From the NCBI GenBank assembly GCA_002773835.1, contig PFAC01000054.1:1-63667 (forward strand): a stretch of DNA of 63,667 bases, given 5' to 3'. The notes beneath the pieces are model-generated. The model had not been told where the DNA came from and ran no database searches. It saw nothing but the letters and a program-made list of their open reading frames with translations. Shown here one piece after another: positions 49,848 through 57,861 of the stretch (positions are counted from its first letter, which is position 1; each line of letters opens with the position of its first letter). The position numbers were made by a program, and so were the translations under genes. Source of the DNA: Chlamydiae bacterium CG10_big_fil_rev_8_21_14_0_10_35_9 (GTDB lineage Bacteria; Chlamydiota; Chlamydiia; Chlamydiales; SM23-39).

Positions 49848-50234
49848 ATGGGGCAGTTTGCTTTTGGAGAGTTAGAGCTTTCCATTTTAAAAGCAGTGCG
49901 AGAATTAGGCAGAGCAACTGTTCATGAAGTTCTTAAAAAATTAGCAAGTAAGCGCAGCTATACTACAATTATGACAGTAATGAGCCGTCTTGCTGAAAAG
50001 GGAGAATTAGCAAGAGAAAAGCAAGGTAAGCAGTATGTCTACTGGATTACCCCTCATAAGGAACGTGCATCAAAAGGTCTTCTAAAGCGCATCCAAGACA
50101 GACTCTTTGGTGGTAAGGGTGCAGCAATGGTGAGTTATTTGATTGAAGTAAGTGAAGAGATGTCTGATCAAGAGTTATGTGAAATTGAGAGTATGATTCA
50201 ACAGAAAAGACAGCAGAGTAAAAAAAATGGATAA
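49848..50234 (+). CDS. BlaI/MecI/CopY-family winged-helix repressor
   Basis: 'ELSILKAVRELGRATVHEVLKKL...YTTIMTVMSRLAEKG'. 128 aa, with AGGAG upstream. Confidence 0.85.
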   Translation: MGQFAFGELELSILKAVRELGRATVHEVLKKLASKRSYTTIMTVMSRLAEKGELAREKQGKQYVYWITPHKERASKGLLKRIQDRLFGGKGAAMVSYLIEVSEEMSDQELCEIESMIQQKRQQSKKNG

Positions 50235-51282
50235 ATTTGCGTTATTTATTTTCAACGTGTTTTTAAATAGTCTTTTAGCATTCTTTACAACTGTAATTTT
50301 AATAGAAGGGGTTATTTTTCTATTTAGAATTCGTCAAGGAAGATGGTGCTCTTTTTTACGAATCTTGCCTATTTTAAAACTTCCATTTGATGTGTTTTAT
50401 TATAATTTTTCTAGATGGTCCTATGCACAAGGTATCAATCCATTAATGTGCGAAGAAGGATCTCGAATATTATCAATAACTGTAGGGTATTTCGAGAGAT
50501 CGCCGGTAATTACTTCAGGTATTCAATTTACAGCTCCTGGAAGCCTGACTTTTAGTGTTGCCGATGCTATAAGCTATTTTTTCAACCCAAAGTTTTTGAT
50601 TGCATTTTCTTTTCTGTTGGTTGGATGCTCTTTAACTTTTCTTTTGAGGAAGATTTTTGTTTATAATCAATTCATTGCATCTCTAAATGAGCTACAAGAA
50701 GATAAGACTTACAAACAAAGAAGAATTCGCAACGCAAAAATTAACTGCCTTTTTAGAAAAAAAAGGGTTTCAGTAATAAGAGTTTCCAATATTAATGGAT
50801 CGCCATTTGTAGCAGGGATTGCCTCAAAAGTCATTTACATGCCGACTTCTCTTGAGCAAAAGCTTACTCAAAAAGAATATGAGGCTGTTTTAGCGCATGA
50901 AGTAGAGCATATTAGAAGAAAAGACACATTTATTCGGTTCATTTTGGATGTGATTGGGTCGGTATTTTGGTGGGTTCCCACTAAATGGCTACAAAAAAGG
51001 ATCGAAGAAGGACAAGAAGTGGCGTGTGATTTGAAGGCAAAAAGATATGGAGTTTTTTCCGTCGATCTTGCTTCAGCTATTTGTAAATCTGCAAAGGAGT
51101 CCCTGCATTTTTCTAATTATAAAATGGCGCAGTATCTTACAAAACATATGATGTATAAAAGAACGAATATTCTACTGCAGTCTTCCACAAAACGGTTTCA
51201 AGCTCTTTATTTTGTTTTGTCCTGCTTTGCTGTTTTCTTTTCCTTTTTACTAATTTTTCTAGGGAGATTTTGGATTTTTTAG
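50227..51282 (+). CDS. BlaR1/MecR1-like M56 membrane metalloprotease without a penicillin-binding sensor domain
   Basis: Multi-TM protein with the zinc motif 'LAHEVEHIRRKD'. 8-nt overlap with the repressor gene. Ends after a C-terminal TM. Confidence 0.8.
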   Translation: MDKFALFIFNVFLNSLLAFFTTVILIEGVIFLFRIRQGRWCSFLRILPILKLPFDVFYYNFSRWSYAQGINPLMCEEGSRILSITVGYFERSPVITSGIQFTAPGSLTFSVADAISYFFNPKFLIAFSFLLVGCSLTFLLRKIFVYNQFIASLNELQEDKTYKQRRIRNAKINCLFRKKRVSVIRVSNINGSPFVAGIASKVIYMPTSLEQKLTQKEYEAVLAHEVEHIRRKDTFIRFILDVIGSVFWWVPTKWLQKRIEEGQEVACDLKAKRYGVFSVDLASAICKSAKESLHFSNYKMAQYLTKHMMYKRTNILLQSSTKRFQALYFVLSCFAVFFSFLLIFLGRFWIF

Positions 51283-51304
51283 TCCTTATTTTTTAACCAA
51301 CAAA

Positions 51305-51320
51305 TACTACAATTGTAGTA
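51305..51320. promoter_or_regulatory. BlaI/CopY-type operator (perfect 16-bp palindrome)
   Basis: TACTACAATTGTAGTA contains the TACAnnTGTA cop-box core. It abuts the AAGGAG RBS of the 51332 gene. Confidence 0.65.
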
Positions 51321-51331
51321 AAGGAGAATTC

Positions 51332-51769
51332 ATGAAAAAAATGCTAATTTTAATGCTGATAACAATATCAGCTGGAACATCGTTTGCAGCATCTTGGGAA
51401 ATCCCTGAACATGACCTGAGAATTGTTAATGTATGTGATCTGTCAGACCAAGAATTGAATAAGGTAATGAATGGGTATCTACCCAATCTTGTCATAGAGT
51501 TTTCAGAAAATACAATGTTGCCTATCAATTTCTTTTTGAAGGGGAACTTAGTAAATTTGGTAGAAAAGAAAGAAAGCTTTGAACATATACAGGTTAAGCA
51601 AACTTTTTATGCCAGGTTTGTAGAAGAAGAGCTGATTTTAAGTTCCGATCTATCAGAATGGAAGCCATTTTTAGAGTTTCTTACTGGAAACATATCGGTA
51701 GCTCTTTCCATTCAAGAGGGTAAGCCCTCTATTGTATTTGGATCAGAAACAAACCGCCGTATTTATTAA
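51332..51769 (+). CDS. Secreted hypothetical protein
   Basis: Signal peptide 'MKKMLILMLITISAGTSFAAS', a strong RBS and an operator immediately upstream. Confidence 0.6.
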   Translation: MKKMLILMLITISAGTSFAASWEIPEHDLRIVNVCDLSDQELNKVMNGYLPNLVIEFSENTMLPINFFLKGNLVNLVEKKESFEHIQVKQTFYARFVEEELILSSDLSEWKPFLEFLTGNISVALSIQEGKPSIVFGSETNRRIY

Positions 51770-52130
51770 TGAAGTTTCATTAGAGCGCTTTTTCCATGTG
51801 AAGTAAGCGCTTACTTAAAAAATGATCTTCATCGAAGGTTTAATTAAAAATTTAAACAATGGCATTGCTTAAATTTTTTAATAAAAACAACAAGGAAATA
51901 TAGCCGTTCCAGCGTTGGTACTAATAGACCTTTACCAGTTTGAAACTCTAAGAAATAGCCAGGCGTTGTGTTAAAGTGTTTTTAGGGACTCTTGCACTAT
52001 TAAAATATTGGCATGATGTAAAATAAGTCTCGAAAATTGCTATATTGAAATATGTGTTTATTACTTTTCTTTTAATACAAAAGGCGTTAATTTGCTCGCC
52101 CTTATAATCTAAAAAAGGAGAGTAAAACAT

Positions 52131-53192
52131 ATGACACTTCCTGCCGTTCAGTCAACAGTTCATACTTTAGGGGATTCTACATTAGATAACCTTTATTGGT
52201 TACTTGAAGGGGATGGTTCTAACTTACAAGAAGCAATAGAAAATTCTACTGAAGGACAAATACAGGAAAAGCTAGGAGATCAATATCAAGTAGTCAGTCA
52301 TGCTTATGACGGCTTTACGACAGAAGATGTGTTGGGATTAAGGCTTCGCCCAGTGGGTAGTGTCTTACCTTCATGGGGAATTAAATTTCAAACATATATA
52401 GATCACAAGTGCCCCGGCTTTTATCGGCAAGTTCATCCACTTCAACAACTTAAAAAGGCCTTGCCACTTGAGGGCAATCATTATGTGGTAATCAGTGTAG
52501 GCGGCAATGATTTTAGAGAAAACTTAAGTAATCCTTTTCGTTTAATTAAGGATATATCGAAGGTTCAAGGTCGCTATCTTGAAATTGTAGAAAAAGTTCA
52601 AAGACTATCCACAGAAAATAGACGAGTCTATCCCATACTGATGTTTCAATATCGTACGGATGCAAACCACGATGTATATGGTATCTATAAATTATTTGGA
52701 GTGGTGGGAACTGTGGCTTTTGCGGTAAATACATTATGTACTGCTTTAATTGCTGCTCCTGCAGTTCATACTTCGAGTCTTTCTAAAGTATCTAAAGCGG
52801 TTTGTTCTGCCATTGGTTCCTTTGGGCTGTACTTGAGTAATAAGGCAGTGCCTTTATCAGTTTCTAGGGATATTATCTCATTGAAGAAGCCTTCCATGAG
52901 CCTTTTTGGAGCCCTTTTACAAAAATTTTATCATCCAATGCTGGCCAAGGCTAGAGAAGATCGCATTCCAGTGCTAGATTTGCCCAATACTTTTAACCCT
53001 TACGAAGACTTGTACGAATCGGGAATTGAGCCAAATGCAAATGGTTCAAAATTAATTGCTGAAGGGATTGCTCATATTGTTCAAAATCATGATTTTGAAG
53101 GGACAGGTCGAATTTATGCGAAAAGAGACGAAAACTATACTAGTTTGCCTATTACAAAAGGGTGGACAGTAGAATATCCTGAGCAGAGTTAA
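52131..53192 (+). CDS. SGNH/GDSL-hydrolase-like protein with an inserted hydrophobic segment
   Basis: Block I 'HTLGDSTLDN' and block III 'ISVGGNDF'. An insert of about 55 aa, 'FGVVGTVAFAVNTLCTALIAAPAV...AVCSAIGSFGLYL'. The block V region reads 'ESGIEPNANG' rather than D..HP. Confidence 0.65.
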   Translation: MTLPAVQSTVHTLGDSTLDNLYWLLEGDGSNLQEAIENSTEGQIQEKLGDQYQVVSHAYDGFTTEDVLGLRLRPVGSVLPSWGIKFQTYIDHKCPGFYRQVHPLQQLKKALPLEGNHYVVISVGGNDFRENLSNPFRLIKDISKVQGRYLEIVEKVQRLSTENRRVYPILMFQYRTDANHDVYGIYKLFGVVGTVAFAVNTLCTALIAAPAVHTSSLSKVSKAVCSAIGSFGLYLSNKAVPLSVSRDIISLKKPSMSLFGALLQKFYHPMLAKAREDRIPVLDLPNTFNPYEDLYESGIEPNANGSKLIAEGIAHIVQNHDFEGTGRIYAKRDENYTSLPITKGWTVEYPEQS

Positions 53193-53218
53193 TAATAGCC
53201 ATTCATATACTCTTTGCT

Positions 53219-53247
53219 ATAGGCTGTAATATTTTTTTACAGCCTAT
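53219..53247 (+). terminator. Hairpin downstream of the SGNH gene
   Basis: ataggctgt-(11 nt)-acagcctat followed by a T-rich 'tatcttctttgt'. Confidence 0.45.
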
Positions 53248-53793
53248 TATCTTCTTTGTAGGTAAATTTTTTACATTAAATTAAAGAAATAGATTATCTT
53301 GCACTTTCATTTATTTAATGAATCAAATTATCAGTTGAATTTAATAAATTATTAATTGTGACTGATAGTTTATTTTTAAATGATCCAGAATATTTCCATC
53401 GAGACTATAACAACGATTTACCTCAAAAGAGTGATGGTAATTTCTTCTCTCAAGCTCTAGCTCTTCCATTTATGTTTTAAAGGAGCATCCAACGTGGCTA
53501 AAGCCTTGTCATTGCCCAAAACTGATCTTGCTACCATTTAGGAGATTCTATGAAAGAGCAAAAAAAATTTGTTAACATTATGGCGAGGTATGAAAAGTCT
53601 TTTAGAACTAGTAGAAGAGTTAATCAAGAGAGCTAAATGAATTTTGAAGTTTTGGATAATGACAAGGACTAAAGGCGGGGGTTTTACGCCGTCATTGATA
53701 AATTTTAAAAGCACATAGTCTTTTTTAATTATACTCGATAAAAAAATTGCCTTTTAATAGTCTTAAAAAAATCTTTTTAAGAGGTGAGATATT

Positions 53794-54810
53794 TTGGAAA
53801 AAATAAAAATTGGGATTTTAGGAGCAGGAAGTTTTGTTCAAAGAAGGATTCTACCTATTTTTCATAAGGTGCCATCTATCCAACCTGTATGTATTTATAA
53901 TCGAAGCTTAGAAAAAGCAGAAAAGATAGCTAATCAATTTGCTGTTCCTTATGCAGTCTCTTCTAAAGAAGAGCTGCTTAGTCACCCAGAGGTTGATGCA
54001 ATTTTTATTGCTACGCCTAATCATTGTCATGAAGAAGATGCTATTGCTTGTGCAAAAGCAAAAAAGCCAACTCTTTGTGAAAAGCCTCTAGCGACAACAG
54101 TCGAAGCTATTATGCGAATGCAAGAGAGTTTTTCTCAAACAGCAACCATGCTTTTGGTAGGCCAATCTTTGCGTTTCAAACCAGCCATTCAAAAAGCCAA
54201 GCAATTAGCTGCAAAAGGAGAGTTGGGAGAACTTCTTCATATCCGTGTCTATTTTTCACTTTTTGTGCCAAAAAACAATTGGCGTTATAACAAAAGATCA
54301 GGTGGGGGAGTTTTACAGGATATAGGAGTCCATCTGATTGACCTTATTAGATTTACCACAGGAAGCGAGATGGCAACTATTTATGCGATAGCAGATATTG
54401 AGGATAGTACTCAGTGTGATGCAACAGTGACGGCCATAGGGAAACTTCAATGTGGGGCTGATTATACTTTTGAGTGTTCAATGAACGAGCCTCTTCGTAG
54501 TGGTTTTGAAATTATTGGTTCAAAGGCTAGCTTGGTAAGCTCTAATTCTCTTCGACAAACATACGATCCTGGAGAAACTCTTTACCTTGTTAGTGAAGAT
54601 GATTCTGTAACATATCTTCCTCTCAGAGCTAATGATATTTATGAAGCGGAATTAGCTCATTTTGGTGATGTTTTGCAACAGAAAGAAGCCTCTCTTTTAG
54701 ATTCAAAGGAAGGATTAGCAAATCAGATGGTAATTGAAGCTGCATATGCTTCTATTTTTGATAAAAAACCTCAGAAGATTGGAAAGGTTTTTAGTGAGCA
54801 ATACTGCTAG
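53794..54810 (+). CDS. Gfo/Idh/MocA-family oxidoreductase
   Basis: 'IGILGAGSFVQRRILP', 'CEKPLATT' and 'GGGVLQDIGVHLIDL'. TTG start 6 nt after GAGGTGA. Confidence 0.85.
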   Translation: MEKIKIGILGAGSFVQRRILPIFHKVPSIQPVCIYNRSLEKAEKIANQFAVPYAVSSKEELLSHPEVDAIFIATPNHCHEEDAIACAKAKKPTLCEKPLATTVEAIMRMQESFSQTATMLLVGQSLRFKPAIQKAKQLAAKGELGELLHIRVYFSLFVPKNNWRYNKRSGGGVLQDIGVHLIDLIRFTTGSEMATIYAIADIEDSTQCDATVTAIGKLQCGADYTFECSMNEPLRSGFEIIGSKASLVSSNSLRQTYDPGETLYLVSEDDSVTYLPLRANDIYEAELAHFGDVLQQKEASLLDSKEGLANQMVIEAAYASIFDKKPQKIGKVFSEQYC

Positions 54811-54818
54811 TTTAAAGT

Positions 54819-54851
54819 CTCCTTTGGTCATTGTACTTATGACCAAAGGAG
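54819..54851. terminator. Bidirectional hairpin between convergent genes
   Basis: Perfect 13-bp stem ctcctttggtcat-(7 nt)-atgaccaaaggag, flanked on both sides by 'gctagtttaaa'. Confidence 0.6.
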
Positions 54852-54865
54852 CTAGTTTAAATAAA

Positions 54866-57097
54866 CTATTGTTTCGAAGAGTCCATTTTAGAAGCTATTT
54901 CCTGGGATAGTTCACCTTTGTAATATACATCATCCATTATTGCAAGAATTTGTTTGGCTTCATCAAGGTGATCTTTATTAACCATTCTGTTTCCGATAAG
55001 AGCTAAATTAAAGTTTTTAACAGTGCTCCTTAGCCTAAAACCGTCTCCCTCTTCAGGAAGATCGCCTGCCAAGCTAATAGCTTGATCAAGATATTTTGAT
55101 GAACCAAAACGAATGTATCCTTCAGCAAGAGCAATAACTAAAAATTTCAGTGCTTCAGTTTTTAGAATTCCTTCACTTCTTTGGCTTTCTTCTATTGCAA
55201 TGCCTATAAAATCTTCAAATACTTCTTCCTCTATCCTGCCAATATTTCTAACTAGCATTGCAGATAGATTCACAGATTTTGAATAATCTACACACCCAGT
55301 AAGAACCTCTAAAGCTGTTCGAGGCTCATTACGGCTTTCATAAGCACGTGCTACAGCCAAAAGTGAGTCATTTTTGATTCTATTTCCGTCTTTGAAAACA
55401 GGTAGTTCCTCTGCCAGTTGTAAAGCTTCTTCAATATGGTCTTTTTCTATAAGTTGATAGCAAATTTGTTCATTTACAAGACTTGTTGAAAGAGGTGTAC
55501 AAGCAACTTTTTTGGCTAGGTTTATAGCTTTACCTGAGACTAGTCGATTAGTAAGTCTGTCGATAAAAAACTCATGTAGTTCTTTAGGGGCATTAACAAG
55601 GCCTTTTGCAATTTTTAAAAGATTTCCAATGCCCTGTTCTGTTTGTATATTGTCACATAAATATTCATGTAAACAGCCCCGGACCCCACTAGATGGTTTA
55701 AATTCTAATGGTATGTTAAAAATTTGTAGAGCTTCATCAATTCTTCCACTCTCCAAATGAGTAATAAAAATCAGATCATAGGCAAGGCGTTTTAACATTT
55801 GATTCATGACTTTTTCAGAAAGACTGTAGATCACTTGAAGGTCTTTAGTTTCCTCAAGTTGTTTTTTTAGGTAATCCCAAAAACTACTTCGTAATGTGTA
55901 ATCATTAGAATTTAATAAGTCTGTGTTGATAATTCCTAATGCTTTTTCTATGTCATCTCTATTTAGCAACTCTTGCACAATATGGTATAAACTAGAGTTT
56001 CTTTTGTCTTCGGTAGAAATAGTGTGAGCTAAATTTATAGCTTCGTCTACTTCCCCTTTTTCAACCAATATTTCAATGAGATCTCGAACAATTCTAGTAG
56101 TTCTATCAGGGATGTTTCCAGCAGCGTTTAAAGCTTTTTGGATAGTGAGGTTTAAGTTTACACCTTCTTCAATATCTTTTTTGAATGTTACAAGAACAAT
56201 TTTACTCAGAAGACAGCTTCTAGAGCTTTGATCAGAAATTTTTTCAACCTGCTGCAAAGCCTCATCAGTGCGCCTTTTGTTGAGTAACTCTTCAATAATG
56301 TTTGTTTGCATATATTTTCTAAGATTTTCAGAAGGGATCTGATCACAAAAGTCTGCGTAGTCAAGAGTAATTTTTGAGTCTTCTAAGGTACAAATGATTC
56401 GTGAAAATTCATGGTTTCTTTGATTTTCATGTTTAATTTGGTGGGCAGCTTGAAAAGCTAGTTTAAAATTTTGGGTTTTTACTGCGTCTCCTACAATTTG
56501 CGCAAAAATATTATCCAAAGCATATGGAATCTCCTCAGGTATCTTTTCAACTACTTCATAAGCCTTATCTTGAACGGTCACTGTAATAAGAAGGCCATCT
56601 GATCCTAAAAAAGTAGTGTGGATGGTAGAATTTTCTATATTGTTTAATAAATCTTCTTTATTAGCTTCTACAGCAGCCTCCATTTCACATTTATTATTAA
56701 GCAGCACACCTTCAACATATTTTAGCATAGATTTTTTCCACTCTTCGACTTTTATATTATGAGCCGCATGAAAAGCTAGATCAACATTTCGGGTTTTTAG
56801 TGCGTCTCCTGCAATTTGCGCAAAAATATTATTCAAAAGGGACTGAATATTACTGTCTTTTTGTGCTTCCCTTGTATATGTCTTGTCTTGATAGCCAGAG
56901 ACTGTGACGCTAACGCTCTGATCTGTAATATTAATTGTAAATAGATTGCCTATACCTCTTGTTGCACTTGCCATATTAACCTCATTTTTTTTTGAAAAGT
57001 GGAAGAAGTTTATAGAAGCTGTAATATGATTAACAATAAAAACCATTAAAAAATTTATGCATGGCTTTTCCCCCCCCCCCCCATTTATTGGCGCCAT
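54866..57097 (-). CDS. Large alpha-helical repeat protein with a duplicated N-terminal module
   Basis: 743-aa ORF. The more likely start is ATG 56974 (MASATRG…) after GAGG plus 5 nt. The C-terminal two-thirds hold recurring units of about 35-45 aa with '[IVL][DE][EKQ]A[LI]' turns. No known domain recognised. Confidence 0.6.
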   Translation of the reverse strand: MAPINGGGGEKPCINFLMVFIVNHITASINFFHFSKKNEVNMASATRGIGNLFTINITDQSVSVTVSGYQDKTYTREAQKDSNIQSLLNNIFAQIAGDALKTRNVDLAFHAAHNIKVEEWKKSMLKYVEGVLLNNKCEMEAAVEANKEDLLNNIENSTIHTTFLGSDGLLITVTVQDKAYEVVEKIPEEIPYALDNIFAQIVGDAVKTQNFKLAFQAAHQIKHENQRNHEFSRIICTLEDSKITLDYADFCDQIPSENLRKYMQTNIIEELLNKRRTDEALQQVEKISDQSSRSCLLSKIVLVTFKKDIEEGVNLNLTIQKALNAAGNIPDRTTRIVRDLIEILVEKGEVDEAINLAHTISTEDKRNSSLYHIVQELLNRDDIEKALGIINTDLLNSNDYTLRSSFWDYLKKQLEETKDLQVIYSLSEKVMNQMLKRLAYDLIFITHLESGRIDEALQIFNIPLEFKPSSGVRGCLHEYLCDNIQTEQGIGNLLKIAKGLVNAPKELHEFFIDRLTNRLVSGKAINLAKKVACTPLSTSLVNEQICYQLIEKDHIEEALQLAEELPVFKDGNRIKNDSLLAVARAYESRNEPRTALEVLTGCVDYSKSVNLSAMLVRNIGRIEEEVFEDFIGIAIEESQRSEGILKTEALKFLVIALAEGYIRFGSSKYLDQAISLAGDLPEEGDGFRLRSTVKNFNLALIGNRMVNKDHLDEAKQILAIMDDVYYKGELSQEIASKMDSSKQ
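56440..56843. repeat. Intragenic tandem duplication with a 318-bp period
   Basis: 56473-56520 and 56791-56838 are nearly identical. They encode 'NIFAQIVGDAVKTQN.KLAFQAAHQIK' and 'NIFAQIAGDALKTRN.DLAFHAAHNIK'. Confidence 0.8.
57070..57082. repeat. Homopolymeric C13 tract (G13 on the coding strand)
   Basis: Thirteen consecutive C in a markedly AT-rich window. It lies either in codons 5-9 of the long ORF (…NGGGGE…) or about 100 nt upstream of ATG 56974. Confidence 0.95.
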
Positions 57098-57350
57098 ACT
57101 TATGTAGCCATGCTAGAAAATTGTTTTTAATAGTTAAGTTAATTTTTTTTATTTCTCTTCGACTCTAAATGGTTATTTGAATAAGAGAAAAGTGAATAAA
57201 TAGCGTTCATGCTTTTAAGTAAAAAAAATTTAAAGTGCATGGCTTATAATTTAATATTCTTTTTAAGTAAATTAAAAACTAAGTCTTAGTTAAATAGGAA
57301 TGATAAAATAATAAATGTAAAATTTATTTTTAATTTTAGTAGCAAGTTTA

Positions 57351-57845
57351 TTAAGAAAGACAAGGCATAAAGCCTAATGTAAAGTTTTCTGTATCTAGAA
57401 GTGAATTGGGCCATGCATTGATAGTATAGGGGAGTTGAATGCGGGCTAAGGTTAGGTGAGGACGATAATAGTCACCATAATCATTTATTATGGGAAGCTT
57501 CTTTTTTTGAATGAAATCAACGGCTTGTTGATAAAGGTTTAATAGCGGAGTATCTCTTGCAATGGAAAGCTCTGCCCAATAATAACCTTCATGCTCAGCG
57601 ATTCCTTTAACAAAACTGAAGGCAGCGAAACGGATCATAAGAGAAGGTTGTGATAGTTTTTTAAACTCTTCCCAAAGGCTTGCCGCTAGACTTTGCTCGC
57701 ACTCAAATTGACATAGAGTGATATGAGGAGTGCTTTCTTTAGATAAAAGATGGTCACTATTTTGAGAAGAAAAGAATTCTTGCGCTGCTTGAATATATTT
57801 TTCCGCACTTTCTGGAGTAGGGATGAGAGCTAGCATGTAAGGCAT
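57351..57845 (-). CDS. 2H-phosphoesterase superfamily protein (LigT/cyclic phosphodiesterase-like)
   Basis: Two H-x-T-x motifs in the typical context, 'TPHITLCQF' and 'RPHLTLARI'. 164 aa. Starts 16 nt downstream of the GGDEF gene. Confidence 0.7.
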   Translation of the reverse strand: MPYMLALIPTPESAEKYIQAAQEFFSSQNSDHLLSKESTPHITLCQFECEQSLAASLWEEFKKLSQPSLMIRFAAFSFVKGIAEHEGYYWAELSIARDTPLLNLYQQAVDFIQKKKLPIINDYGDYYRPHLTLARIQLPYTINAWPNSLLDTENFTLGFMPCLS

Positions 57846-57861
57846 TTAATTTTTTGACCTT

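Noticed and set aside
51810-51830. 16-bp palindrome aagtaagcgcttactt after the 145-aa gene, considered as a terminator or third operator.
   Set aside because: It is unrelated to the TACTACA dyads. The stem would leave a 0-4-nt loop and it is followed by an A-run rather than a T-run.
51948-52130. 60-aa minus-strand ORF directly upstream of the SGNH gene.
   Set aside because: It lies in an AT-rich promoter-like region, has no RBS, and abuts the AGGAG/ATG of the plus-strand gene. It is most likely spurious.
53193-53793. A 600-bp gene-free interval with several tiny ORFs: GTG…'TDSLFLNDPEYFHRDYNNDLPQKSDGNFFSQALALPFMF', 'MKEQKKFVNIMARYEKSFRTSRRVNQES' and 'MKSLLELVEELIKRAK'. I considered it as a decayed gene or a small toxin-antitoxin remnant.
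   Set aside because: No fragment matches a family I recognise. The frames are discontinuous, and there are no repeats or RNA-like structure. It may be a pseudogene remnant, but this cannot be shown without homology searches.
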